From Eledone cirrhosa (lineage: Eukaryota), in NCBI GenBank assembly GCA_964016885.1, contig OZ024754.1:35960001-36024000 (forward strand): a DNA stretch of 64,000 bases, in the 5' to 3' direction. How positions within the stretch are numbered: the first letter of the stretch is position 1; each line of letters begins with the position of its first letter. Of this stretch, positions 39,465-52,650 are shown piece after piece. Under the pieces are notes generated by a model. That model had not been told where the DNA came from. It saw only the letters and a list, made by a program, of their open reading frames with translations, and ran no database searches. The translations under genes and the position numbers were made by a program.

Positions 39465-41756
39465 ATTTCTTTTATTTGCCACTAGGGCATCAAAAGTGGG
39501 ACAAGTACAAAGGGGGGAGTTTACACAAAAAGGCGTCCTCAATAAGGAGGAGGCAATAACAAAATATAAAAATAAAATAAGATATAACAAAAAATAAAAT
39601 TTTTAACAAAATCCTCAATAGAGAGGAGGCGCCTTGGGGGGTCGCACACACCCCCGAAAAAAGTGTGCAACCCTTCTCCTCAGGAGCACAGAGAAGGGGT
39701 GCTCCCTTGGTCTTTCATCTTCCTCACCTATAGTCTGATGTAGAGTGAAGGCCCATTCACACGGGCCATTCTCGCCACTTTCACCCATCTTTCATAGAAA
39801 CGGCTGGGGTGCAGCACCTCTCTCTCCATCCTGATCCTTCTTCCGAAATGATATCGGAAGAAACGGACCAGTTGTTGGCCAGAGAGAAAGGTGCCCGACC
39901 TCAGTCCTTTCAGACGCGTCCACCATACAACCTCTTTCGCCATGGCTATTACGCACAGAAACACCGCCTCTGCTTCATCTTTGAAGGGGGGAGGCGGCTT
40001 GATCATTACAATAGACTCGGTGGTCAACCGGATCGGTCCCACCCTTGACAGCAGTTGTTCGACATAGCCCCACAGATCGGCTACGCCCGAGCAGTGTACT
40101 AATGCGTGTGCAACGGTTTCCTCGTCGCACACGCATCTGGGACAGATCTTTTTGGCGGGGTCCCTACCCGGGCGCCCGTGTCTGTAGAGCCTTTCTCGAA
40201 CGGGTAAAGCCCCTCGGTAGCACTGCCAGGCCAGGGACTTCTGGAAGTTGTCCATAGGTCCCGGGCTGAATGTCCTACCGAACAGGCTGGCCAGTTCGTC
40301 CTCCTCCATGTCTAGGGCTTCTCCGAGGGCGTCGTCGCACCTGCTGCGTACCAGCCCTCTATAGAATGTTGCGGTGGAGTCTCCACTGATAACCGGATCC
40401 GCCTGCCAGAGGGCGGTGAGCGCCTGGGCACACTCAGTGTGCCAGGCGCCCAGTTTTCTCGGTCTTTGCTTGACCCAGGATTGCAGCTCGGTGAGTGAGA
40501 CGAGTCTGGGAAAGGTTCGTCTCACAAACGAGGCCCACACCGGTTGTCCGGTGAGGAATACGTAGAGGTGCCGTAGCCTTAATGCGTGTTTACGCATCAT
40601 TAGCCACGGCATCCCCAGCCCTCCTTTCGAAGGGTGTTGACAGCAGATGGATTTCCTCACCATAGGAGCCCGCCTCTTCCAAAGGAATTGGAAGAGCGCG
40701 CGCTCCATCTTGGTGAGGGTTTCCCTTGGGCAGGGCACTACGGTCAGGCGGTAGTAGATGACGGACGCTATGTAGGTGTTCGCCACCTCCGCCCGGCCTT
40801 TCAGGGATAGTTTGCAACTGGCCCACTTCTGGGTCAGTGCAAACACCCTGTTCGTAACCTCCGCCCAGTTTTTCTCCACCTGGAGGTCCGGTCCGAACCA
40901 GACCCCGAGCAACTTCACCGGGCCCTCCGTCCAGCGTCCGACGACGCTATCGGAGGGCATCGGTCTGCCCCTCCACGTGCCGAGTTGCAAACCGATCGAC
41001 TTGTCCCGGTTCAGCTTAGCCCCTGTGAACTTTTCGTACTCCTCCAGTAAGGTGCCGACCGCCTCGATTTCGGAGGCCGTCGACACCATTACTGTCACGT
41101 CATCGGCGTAGGCCGACACCGCTTTCCGCAATCCCGGTTCCAAAGGGATGCCCTGCAACAACTCCAACTTCCGCAGTAGTGGCTCGAGAGTCAACACATA
41201 CAGAAGGGAGGAGAGAGGGCACCCTTGTCGGATGGACCGCGCGATTTTGAACGGCTCCGAGAGGTAGCCGTTCACCTTGACCCTAGAGCAGATGCGGCTG
41301 CTGTGCATAGCAGTGATCCAGCCCCTGAAAACGGGTCCGAAGCCTGCCGCCGCTAGCACCGCATCCAGGTAACCATGGTCGACCCTATCGAACGCCTTAG
41401 ATTGATCCAAGTTGATCAGAGCCCCACCAAAGCCGGGTTCGTTCCCAACCCTCTCTATGATGTATCGCATGAGGTGGAGGTTGTCATGGATGGACCTGGA
41501 CGGGATAGCGCATGTCTGCGCATCTCCCACCAGGTTGCCCACGACAAGCGCCAACCTCTTTGCTAGCACCTTGGCCAAAATCTGTAACTCTGTATTTAGC
41601 AGTGTTATGGGCCTGAAGTTACTTATTTCGTCCCCCTTGTTCTCGTCCTTCCTCACTAGCGTGACTACGCCCTTGGTCACAGTACAGGGAATTCTCCCGT
41701 TCTGTTGCCAGTTGCAGTAGACCGCCTCGAGGAGATCGGGGAACAAGTCCGGCATA
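39465..41756 (-). mobile_element. Tx1/L1-clade non-LTR retrotransposon, 5'-truncated, young, inserted in a (GATA)n/(TATC)n tract
   Basis: Uninterrupted 675-aa ORF, then a ~260-bp 3' UTR ending …GCAAATAAAAGAAATAT-(ATCT)n. (GATA)n lies on both sides (39420-39461, 41760-41983). Confidence 0.93.
39728..41755 (-). CDS. LINE ORF2 fragment: reverse transcriptase + C-terminal CCHC Zn-knuckle (APE domain lost by 5' truncation)
   Basis: NFRPITLLNTE, LDQSKAFDRVDH, SIRQGCPLS, AYADDVTV, VKLLGVWF, KGGLGMP, CPRC..EETVAHALVHC. No stop in 675 codons. Confidence 0.92.
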   Translation of the reverse strand: MPDLFPDLLEAVYCNWQQNGRIPCTVTKGVVTLVRKDENKGDEISNFRPITLLNTELQILAKVLAKRLALVVGNLVGDAQTCAIPSRSIHDNLHLMRYIIERVGNEPGFGGALINLDQSKAFDRVDHGYLDAVLAAAGFGPVFRGWITAMHSSRICSRVKVNGYLSEPFKIARSIRQGCPLSSLLYVLTLEPLLRKLELLQGIPLEPGLRKAVSAYADDVTVMVSTASEIEAVGTLLEEYEKFTGAKLNRDKSIGLQLGTWRGRPMPSDSVVGRWTEGPVKLLGVWFGPDLQVEKNWAEVTNRVFALTQKWASCKLSLKGRAEVANTYIASVIYYRLTVVPCPRETLTKMERALFQFLWKRRAPMVRKSICCQHPSKGGLGMPWLMMRKHALRLRHLYVFLTGQPVWASFVRRTFPRLVSLTELQSWVKQRPRKLGAWHTECAQALTALWQADPVISGDSTATFYRGLVRSRCDDALGEALDMEEDELASLFGRTFSPGPMDNFQKSLAWQCYRGALPVRERLYRHGRPGRDPAKKICPRCVCDEETVAHALVHCSGVADLWGYVEQLLSRVGPIRLTTESIVMIKPPPPFKDEAEAVFLCVIAMAKEVVWWTRLKGLRSGTFLSGQQLVRFFRYHFGRRIRMEREVLHPSRFYERWVKVARMARVNGPSLYIRL

Positions 41757-41766
41757 GCTAGATATA

Positions 41767-41804
<38 letters not shown>

Positions 41805-41805
41805 G

Positions 41806-41860
<55 letters not shown>

Positions 41861-41861
41861 G

Positions 41862-41924
<63 letters not shown>

Positions 41925-41925
41925 G

Positions 41926-41980
<55 letters not shown>

Positions 41981-43060
41981 GGATGTGACAAAGTGATAAC
42001 ATTAATAGTAAAATATCCTAAATCCTAATTTTGGTGACAACTTTGTGAAGTGGTGAAAATCGGAAGTTTAACTTCCCAGCCGTGAAATTCAAACGTTTTA
42101 ATTCTATTGGAAAATTGAATTTCGTTTTAATTCTATTGTAAAAAATAATTTAGATTTTATAATTTTATTGTGAAGATAAAACGTAATCGCATTTATCTTC
42201 ATCTTTTTTTATCATAGCGAATTTTATTAAAGTGGAACTCATTGGACATTGAAGGAGCTCCTCAGAGATTACAATCCATGTTTTGAAAACAAAAATAATA
42301 AAAAATAATGAAGTAATATTTGAAGACATACTAGAGGTGTTTCATTATATAATCCTTGGGGAATTTTAAATTTGTTATATTTTAGTTCTACACGGAATAA
42401 AACGGGCTTCCCTCCGCCAGTGTCTTCAATAAGTATTCCAGATGGTCGACCAACGCAACCGCCTACTTGTGAACATTCTGCATACACTTAAACCTTAATG
42501 CTTTAGCATTTACTCTGAGTTCAAATCCCACCGAGGTTCAAATACATGTGTTCAAATACATGAGTTCAAATCCCACCGAGGTTAACTTTGTCTTTCATCC
42601 TTACGGGGTCGATAAAATAAAGTACCAGTAATGCACTGGGATAATTGCTGGCCTGGAGCCAAAAGTAGAAACAATTATTCTATATATATTATTGCATTTT
42701 CAAGGTAAACACTTTACCTCACATAATTATCTCACATAAAATCGAATCTATGAGATTTTGATATTATTTATATTGAGAACAATACCTCAACGTCAGTATG
42801 TGTGGCCAGTTGGGGCCAGTTTGAAAGAGGTTAGAGAATTCTGGCCGGATACGGCGGGTTTAACTGCTAAAGGGTTAATGTATGATAGTTTTCAAAGAGT
42901 TTCATCGTGACCTAGCCCTTTCAAGTACAGTCCATCTTGCATTGAAATTCTACAAATACTTTAATGTAATTCTCGCCGAGATTCAGCGCTACACAGTGTA
43001 TGGCACGGATGGCTCTTTAAACAAAACAATACTGCCGATTTGACAATTTCCGTCAAATTA

Positions 43061-43138
43061 TTGGCTCGTCAAGTATGAAATTTGTAGAAATGTCTTTTTT
43101 TGTAAAGATTTCTATAAATTTCATACTTGACAACCCAA
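43061..43138. mobile_element. ~80-bp mariner-type hairpin MITE (second copy ~2733-2810)
   Basis: TIR ttgg..gtcaagtatgaaattt / aaatttcatacttgacaacccaa; TA on both sides. Confidence 0.75.
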
Positions 43139-45453
43139 TAATTTCCCTCGCCAGTCTTTGGTTGACATTCTATGTCTAAAGTCTAAAGTCTGTGTCAAGC
43201 CCAGACGCTCATCAGGACAGTGCTTATCCCAGTTTCCATGACATTAAGCAACTGTAAGTACTCCTTCCTGGACAGGATGCCAGTCCACCGCAGGGTTAAA
43301 CTCCCAGCTATTGCTGGTACCGATTTTCAGCTGTGTATATTGGAGCAACGTGAAATGAAATGAAATATTTTTGCTCAAGAAGACAATACACAACCCAGTC
43401 CAGGAATTGAACCCACAACGCTATGGTCATAAGTGCAACACCTTTACCACTAAGCCATGTGCTTCCATTTCGTTGACATTTGCACAAGCTGTCACACAGC
43501 TGGAAGGTCATGAGCTCGATTCTCAACGACAGGTTGTGTCCTTATTCAAGACACTGGAAAAAAACGTGCTGTACCTGTAAATCAATGAATCAGTCTTGTG
43601 TTACGCTGAATATTCCTGAGAACTACGTTAAGAGTTCACGTGTCTGTGGAATGTTTAGCTACTTTCCCGTTAATTTCATGAGCAGGCTGTTGGGTTGTTG
43701 GAAGAGCTGAAACAGCCGTTGGTGGAAACGGTAGAGATCTTATATAAACTTACATACAAAACAAGTGTGTCTCTGGAGCTATCTAACTCTTATTCCGTAA
43801 ATTCATTCAGAAAATGGAACATTGAAAATACTTTTCGAGAATTCAACTTATAAATCTTGACTATCTAAATTACGATGAAAACAACTTCGTTTTTTTTTTT
43901 TTTTTCAATTTAGAAATTAGTCATTTATTTATTCTAACCTAATCTATTTAATCTAGCCGAGTTTACACTCGCAAATAAGAAGAACCAGGGCCGCCCCTAT
44001 GAGCATTGGATTTGGTGTACTTCATATTTGTTTCGGTTGCTGAATACAATCAGGGGTCGCTGCTTCTCCTGAAGGTCAATAGTTCTCTTCTAACTCGAGC
44101 GGGAACACCTTTCCATTCTCAATTTACATTGATCATCTGCAAAGCCGCATTGTTCTCAGAACCACTACACCAGTCTTTCGATGCGTGCAGCTGGAACTAC
44201 TGCCACCCATTGATTTGGCAGGATTTTTTAAATCAAATATATACACATATATACACAGACAAACGTGCAGTCAATCCTACACACACCCACACCCATATTG
44301 TATATACATGTTTACATATTTTTGGATGGCCGTTGACTCTTATGAGTTCTTCCGCCCTTTGCTAGGTTTTATTTTTTGTCCTGCAGGGTGTCCAAGTAAA
44401 CTTGGTGGGGCTACAGGTTTAGTCGCCGACGACCCGACAATGCGACAGGTTGTACTGGGTTACATGCTACCAGTAGCACTCGGTCATTTATTTATTGAAT
44501 GAATTAAAAGAAGAGGAAAAGTGACATACATATTTCTATATATACATATTACAAGTATGATAAACTCAATATAATGTAGAGTCATACTGCCAATAAAAAA
44601 GCAATGGGGATTATTTTAGATAGATAATCACTTCATCAATCAGTTGACAACCCAATTAATCAACTAATTAAGGAACCTATAATCAAATTAATTAATAAAA
44701 CTGAAGTGAGTATAAACAATGCAAGTGTGTTTGATTAGCAGACTGGCCTCCCCAAAGTATTGGATTGTAACATAAATTCCCGCCGTTGTTATAAAACTTC
44801 CTAATAAAAAAACGGCGGGAATGTATGTTACAACCAAATATAACAATACCTGTTTTAGCACATGATTTAATCGCAAAATTCTTTGCAAAGCAAATAAAAA
44901 ACGGAACAAAACACGAAATCCAATAAAATTGTGAAATGTCTGCTAGTTTGTCGTTAGAGACAGATTTCATTTAAATTAGTTGTTTCATGGAATGGTTTAC
45001 TGCGGCATGTTTGAATGTTTCGTTGTGACTGACTCTTAAATTATAGCCTGTCACATTTAAAACACATTAAAAAACAGTTATGTAGAAGAAACCATCCCAA
45101 TCAGAGACTTCTACGAAGAATGCGACAGATTTGTCAAAACAATTTCGTCATGAAATAGAAAGGCAAGCATAAAACTGAGAAATAATGGCTCATCTTGCTA
45201 ATGCTATTAGAGAAGGCACCAAAATATGTGGACTTCGTTGGGCAGAGAAGCGTCATATATTAACACAAAATTACAAACTAGTCAACAGCAAGGAATAATT
45301 ATTCTTAAAATACAGACTAAAATCTCTAAACTGCTTTAAAAATGTCTTAAGAGTTAGAATCAGTTTGAAAACACTCATAATTGAGAAAAAAACGAAACGT
45401 ATCACTTGGATATACCTTAAATATATCATCACAAACAAGTCCAATATATAGAC

Positions 45454-47299
45454 CAGAGATTCTCAAAGTGGGAGCTACCATCCCCTTCCCTCCCGTGGGA
45501 TGGCGTTAAGAAGGTCCAGGGGACTCTAGAGGACGGTAGAGATGATATAAAAGTGTATCAAATATAAAATGATACATATTATATAAATATAGTAAAATAA
45601 AAAATATATATAATACTTATTTATACATAGTATATATCATATTATTTATTATATCGTTGTGTCCTTGAGCAAGACACTTTATTTCACGTTGTTCCAGTTC
45701 ACTCAGCTGTAGAAATGAGTTGTGACGTCACTGGTACGAAGCTGTATCGGTCATTGCCTTTCCCTTGGACATCACCATATATATATTGTATATATATTGT
45801 ACATAGTGTATATATATTGTACATAGTGTATATATAATGTACATAGTGTATATATAATGTACATAGTGTACATATACTGTATATAGTGTATATATAATGT
45901 ACATAGTGTACATATAATGTACACTATGTATATATACTGTACATAGTATATATATAATGTACATAGTGTATATATACTGTATATAGTGTATATATAATGT
46001 ACATAGTGTACATATAATGTACACTATGTATATATACTGTACATAGTATATATATAATGTACATAGTGTATATATACTGTATATAGTGTATATATAATGT
46101 ACATAGTGTACATATAATGTACACTATGTATATATACTGTACATAGTATATATATATAATGTACATAGTGTATATATACTGTATATAGTGTATATATAAT
46201 GTACATAGTGTATATATAATGTACATAGTGTATATATAATGTAAGTAGTGTATATATAATGTACATAGTGTATATATACTGTACATAGTGTATATATACT
46301 GTACATAGTGTATATATAATGTACATAGTGTATATATACTGTATATAGTGTATATATAATGTACATAATGTATATATAATGTAAGTAGTGTATATATAAT
46401 GTACATAGTGTATATATAATGTAAGTAGTGTATATATAATGTAAATAGTGTATATATAATGTACATAGTGTATATATAATGTACATAGTGTATATATAAT
46501 GTAAATAGTGTATATATAATGTACATAGTGTATATATAATGTACATAGTGTATATATAATGTAAATAGTGTATATATAATGTACATAGTGTATATATAAT
46601 GTAAGTAGTGTATATATAATGTACATAGTGTATATATACTGTACATAGTGTATATATAATGTAAGTAGTGTATATATAATGTAAATAGTGTATATATAAT
46701 GTACATAGTATATATATAATGTACATAGTGTATATATACTGTAAATAGTGTATATATACTGTACATAGTGTATATATATACTGTACATAGTGTATATATA
46801 ATGTACATAGTGTATATATACTGTACATAGTGTATATATAATGTTAATAGTGTATATATACTGTACATAGTGTATATATAATGTAAGTAGTGTATATATA
46901 CTGTACATAGTGTATATATAATGTTAATAGTGTATATATATAATATATATATGGTGTATATATCAGTTGCGATGTCACTGGTGCCAAGCTGTAGCAGCCT
47001 TTGCCTTCCTTTGGACAACATCAGTGGCGTGGAGAGGGGAGACTGGTATGTATGGGGGACTGGTGGTCTTCCACAAACATCCTTGCCCAGACTTGTGCCT
47101 CAGAGGGAAACTTTCTAGGTACAAATCCCATGGTCATTTGTGACCAAAGAGGGTCTTTAATTATATATCAATTAACAATTTTATTTATATATTATTTAAA
47201 ATGGAAATAGGGTTGGGGCGCTGAGGGTATTACGTGCCCGTAAGGGCAGGGTGTGTGTGTGTGGGGGGGGGGGGGACGACAAAAGTTTGAGAACCTCTC
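45454..47299. mobile_element. hAT MITE containing nested SINE and minisatellite
   Basis: TIR cagagattctcaaa / tttgagaacctctc; 8-bp TSD atatagac at 45446-45453 and 47300-47307. Confidence 0.8.
45777..46952. repeat. 20-bp minisatellite (tatatataatgtacatagtg variants)
   Basis: Direct inspection. Confidence 0.92.
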
Positions 47300-47526
47300 A
47301 TATAGACTGATATACAAATATCTCACTCAACATCCATATATATATATATATATATATAGGAACGAGTAGGACCCCGACGGCTGAGCTCAAGCCGTTTCGA
47401 CGGCTAATTCTAGACTAAAATTGCTCTCTCTACTACCCTAAGTATTGAGTACTTTGGTGCGTTATGGTCCACCTGGTTCCTTACCACATTTCCTTCGTTA
47501 TATATATATATATATAAATGTATGTA

Positions 47527-47720
47527 TGTAAAAGGTAAACAGAAATAACAACACAATCGGTACAGTATATGGAAGGGATATATATCAGGTTAACGCTTGA
47601 TATAGCAGGAGAGGGTCTTAACGTTTCGGACGCTAGTCCATCATCAGAAGAAAGAATGAGAAATAAAATAGATTGAGGGGACGGGCGGGATGGAATTGCA
47701 AAAAAATGTCTTTAGATAAA
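47527..47720 (-). mobile_element. Family E PLE-terminal-like repeat (copies 49243-49375, 62864-63055)
   Basis: gtaaacagaaataacaa…gtcttaacgtttcggacgctagtcc shared; microsatellite-flanked; carries a minimal hammerhead. Confidence 0.7.
47616..47651 (-). ncRNA. Ultra-minimal hammerhead ribozyme, family E
   Basis: Minus strand: tctt-CTGATGA-t-ggac(tagc)gtcc-GAAA-cg-TT-aaga. Core-mutated homologues at 49324-49358 and 62953-62988. Confidence 0.7.
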
Positions 47721-47724
47721 AACA

Positions 47725-47784
<60 letters not shown>

Positions 47785-48186
47785 CATAGTACTGCTCTAT
47801 TTAATGTGCAATGCATGCAATTTCCTTCTTCTCGTCATATCATTTCACTGATAAACGATTTAAAGACATTTGAGGTATGTCAAATTATTATATTTGAATG
47901 TAAGAATTATACGCTCATTGCATAACATGATTACATTAAAAATTCGCTTTTATATGATATTAAGTGGGATATGATTCATTTAGCATAAGTCAGCCAACTA
48001 TTCCATTGCATCGTCAAGAAAAAGAATGTTTTAGCATTTATTTTTATTTAGGAAAAAATTTCGAATCCATTTTAAACATATTTTATTCATTTTTATTTAG
48101 TATTTTGTAAAATTTCCTTTTGTAGCAATCACTGCTGCAATTCGTCTTGATATGCTCTCAATATACTGTCTTGCAAGGTCTGTCAT

Positions 48187-48269
<83 letters not shown>

Positions 48270-48724
48270 AAAATTTGAACGGGAACAAAACAGAATATAT
48301 ATATAAGGAACGATCGACTTTCGTCAAATCGGACCGAGGGAACAATGTTTCCGTTGGTCTTTCCAATTGCTAATACTATCTATCGGTCGCAACTCCAGGT
48401 AGAAAGAGCAACGTGAAATAAAGTGTCTTGCTCAAGGACATAACGCATCGCCTGGTCCAGGAATCGAACTCACAACCTTACGATTGCGAATCCAACTCTC
48501 TAACCACTCAGCCACACGCCTTCACTTATATATAGTAATAATAATAAATATGAAGACTAAAATCCAAAGAGGGCTCGGTAAGGGTAAATATATATATCAA
48601 ATATATAGGAATCCTAGAACAAATATTTATTTAAATAACAGATTAAAGTTTAAGCAAAGAATCGCTGATTTCACCCTTAACGGGATCTTCAGAAGATCAT
48701 TTTGATAAATAAATAAATAAATAA

Positions 48725-48759
<35 letters not shown>

Positions 48760-48875
48760 AAAGAATAGAGGTGTAACACACGAGTTATGATATATTGGTA
48801 AAAGGAACAGAAAATGCTGACAAGTTGTTCCCAGTGAAAAATAGTTTAATTAGGAATAAGTAAAAATTAGTAATA

Positions 48876-48949
<74 letters not shown>

Positions 48950-49151
48950 ATATATATATATAACATTTTAAAGTGGTCGTGTAGGAGACATGGTAAAAAG
49001 GGTCCCAGTCCACACTGTAAACGTGGTTGGCGTTAGGAAGGGCATCCAGCAGTATAAAACCTTGCCTCAAGTGGGACAAAACTGTCCAACCCATGCTAGC
49101 GTGGAAGATGGACGTTAAACGATGATTGATGATGATGATGATATATATATA

Positions 49152-49226
<75 letters not shown>

Positions 49227-51250
49227 GTGTATATATGTAAATAGTAAACAGAAATAACAAAGCAAACGACACAGTACATTGAAGAAATATATTAGTTTAG
49301 CGCTTGAAATTGCAGGAAAATAGTCTTAACGTTTCGGACACTAGTCCTTCATCAAAGAATAGAAGGAGAAATAAAAAAATGAAATAGAAAGATAAAGAGT
49401 AAGAAGAGGAAGGGATAGGGAAAAATGAGAAAAAAAAATGGGAGAAAAAACACACATGCGTATTCAGTCAGCCATTTTGGATATATATATATATATATAT
49501 ATATGTATACATATATATATCATAAGCCCTTCCCCCAACACACGCATTAGATTAACCAGTCCCCAGTACCCATAGGAGTTTCAGTGACTATAGACACGGC
49601 AAGGGAGTGGGGGAACGAGTAGGAGGGGGGGGGGGGATATGATAAACAAAACTGTATATTTGGTAACTGCTCAAAGGAGTGATAAACACACGCACACATA
49701 TATATACACACATACGTATATACTCACACATACATATATATATATACACACGTACACATAAATAAAATAAAATTCTAATTATATATATATAATTAGAATT
49801 TTATTATATATATATATACTCTAATGATTGTATGCCCTGCGGTTAAGCTTTTACCGTTTCGATAGCAAGTAAAAAAATAAATTTGGTGGTGGTAGTGGTG
49901 ATGGTGATGATGGTGGTGGTGGTGGTGGTGGTGGTGATGGTGATGGTGGTGGTGATGGTGGTAGTGGTGGTGGTGGTGGTGGTGGTGGTGGTGTTGGTGG
50001 TGGTAGTGATGGTGATGGTGGTGGTGGTGGTGGTGGTGGTGGTGGTGGTGGTGATGGCAGTGTTGCTGGTGGTGGTGATGGTGGTGATGGTGGTGTTGGT
50101 GGTGGTGGTGATGGCAGTGTTGGTGATGGTGGTGGTGATGGTGGTGGTGGTGGTGGTGGTGATGGCAGTGTTGGTGGTGGTGGTGATGGTGGTGATGGTG
50201 GTGTTGGTGGTGGTGGTGATGGCAGTGTTGGTGATGGTGGTGGTGATGGTGGTGGTGGTGGTGGTGGTGGTGATGGCAGTGTTGCTGGTGGTGGTGATGG
50301 TGGTGATGGTGGTGTTGGTGGTGGTGGTGATGGCAGTGTTGGTGATGGTGGTGGTGATGGTGGTGGTGGTGGTGGTGGTGATGGCAGTGTTGGTGGTGGT
50401 GGTAGTGATGGTGATGGTGGTGGTGGTGGTGATGGTGGTAGTGGTGGTGGTGGTGGTGGTGGTGTTGGTGATGGTGGTGTTGGTGGTGGTGGTGATGGCA
50501 GTGTTGGTGATGGTGGTGGTGATGGTGGTGGTGGTGGTGGTGGTGATGGCAGTGTTGGTGGTGGTGGTAGTGATGGTGATGGTGGTGGTGGTGGTGATGG
50601 TGGTAGTGGTGGTGGTGGTGGTGGTGGTGGTGGTGGTGGTGGTGGTGGTGGTGGTGGTGGTGGTGGTGGTGTTGCTGGTGGTGGTGATGGTGGTGATGGT
50701 GGTGTTGGTGGTGATGGTGATGGTGGTGGTGGTGGTGGTGGTGGTAGTGATGGGGGTAGTGATAGTGATGGTGGTGATGGTGATGGTGGTAGTGATGGTG
50801 GTAGTGGTGGTGGTGGTGGTGGTGGTGGTGGTGGTAGTGGAAACCAAATAAAATGGAAAATTAGAAAACAAATGCACGGCAAGATTGAAATGTAAAGGAA
50901 TTGGTTACTTTGGTAAATAAAATTAATGTTTACGAGGACGGTATTATAGGGATGGTTTCGGGGTGTGGTGTTGGGCGTTGTCGGGGTGGTGTGGGGTGGG
51001 GTGGTGTGGGGTGGAATGGTGACGGGGTTGGTGTAATCTGTTGTCTATTTCCATGTCCTATAACCTAGTTAATTAGTAATGTTTTATGGCCCAGGCGGTG
51101 TGTTAATGCGATGTTGTCTCTAACCCCAAGCCATTTCGGTCTATTTTAAATGTTTTCAACTGGGATTCTCTGCCGTTTACTAGGGAGCGAAATTAAATAA
51201 ATGATTCTGTTGGCGTAAAAGTTATGTCGTGAGTGGTATTGGGTGTGTGT

Positions 51251-51592
51251 GGACGTGCTTGGCTTAGTGGTTAGAGCATTGGGCTTGCAAGCGGGAGGTT
51301 GTCAGTTCGATTCTCAGACCAGGTGATGAGTTGTGTCCTTGAGCAAGACACTTTATTTACGTTGCTCCAGTTCACTCAGCTGTTGAAATGAGTTGCGACG
51401 TCACTGGTGCTAAGCTGTATCAAGCTTTGCCCCTTCCCCTTAGACAACATCAGTGGTGGGGAGAGTGAAGGCTGGTATAAATGGGCGACTGCTGGTCTTC
51501 CTCAAACAACCTTGCCCGGACTTGGGCCTCGGAGGGGAACTTTCTAGGTGCAAATTCCATGGTCAGTCATGACTGAAGGGGGTCTTTACCTA
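51251..51592 (+). mobile_element. tRNA-derived CORE-like SINE, full length (split copy at 45656-45776 + 46964-47158)
   Basis: A-box tggcttagtgg, B-box gttcgattc, tgtgtccttgagcaagacacttt core-like motif. Confidence 0.8.
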
Positions 51593-51656
51593 TTGGGAGT
51601 GGTTGTTCTAGAGTAGGGTGCACAGTAAAAAAGATTTCCCTTTATCAATATTATGT

Positions 51657-51687
<31 letters not shown>

Positions 51688-51863
51688 GTTTTAATATAGA
51701 TGAGATTCTACAGGACTAGAACTGTTTCATTCATTAGAAATCATCATGAATGAAACAGTTCTAGTCCTGTAGAATCTCATCTATATTAAAACTGTTATAC
51801 TCTGCTATGTATTGAGTACCTTACTTACTGTGGTTACCTCCGATTCAACCCGGAATAACCTAC

Positions 51864-52030
<167 letters not shown>

Positions 52031-52600
52031 GAGTGTTGTAGCTTGCCTGAAACATTGTGGAAAGTGTAGAAAAGCTACAGCAATGTAAATGGGACATTAA
52101 ATGTTAAAAGTAACGATAACAAGATTGTTTCTCTGCTCAATTAGTTTAATTAGTCTTTCATATTTCAAAACAAAATCCATATTGGCTGAAAGAACAGTAA
52201 AGGGAACTATGTCAGAGCAGGAGAACGCTGTGTTCTTTCTATTTATAGCATTTTTTATTCCGGAAGTGGTGTTGTATGATGTTGTCTTTCCGGTAGCGTT
52301 TAAGAAGCTAGATTTGGCAACTAGCTTCAGCACATGTCTCTGATACTTGGGGTAGCACTTTAAAGAGTGAAACCTTGGCCTAGCTCAGTGATTGGTAGTT
52401 CGATTCCTTGCAGGTACCCATGTCAGACACATCCTTCCGCCCCCAGGGGAACTTTTCTCAGCCTATCGTCTGGAACATGTAAAAAAAAAATAAACTAGTA
52501 TTATTTATAGCGATTGTCTATTATTAATATGGAGATTTGCATTCTGGCGCAGCATATATTTCAAATGTATGTATGTATGTGTATGTGTGTGCGTATGTAT

Positions 52601-52650
<50 letters not shown>

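Noticed and set aside
44003-44485. Possible RTE 5' UTR remnant (similarly 16160-16554)
   Set aside because: Resemblance only from recollection; no diagnostic motif or second copy in the window.
52097-52343. Non-repetitive 78-80-aa ORFs on both strands
   Set aside because: No recognisable domain; probably a decayed transposon piece, unassignable without a search.
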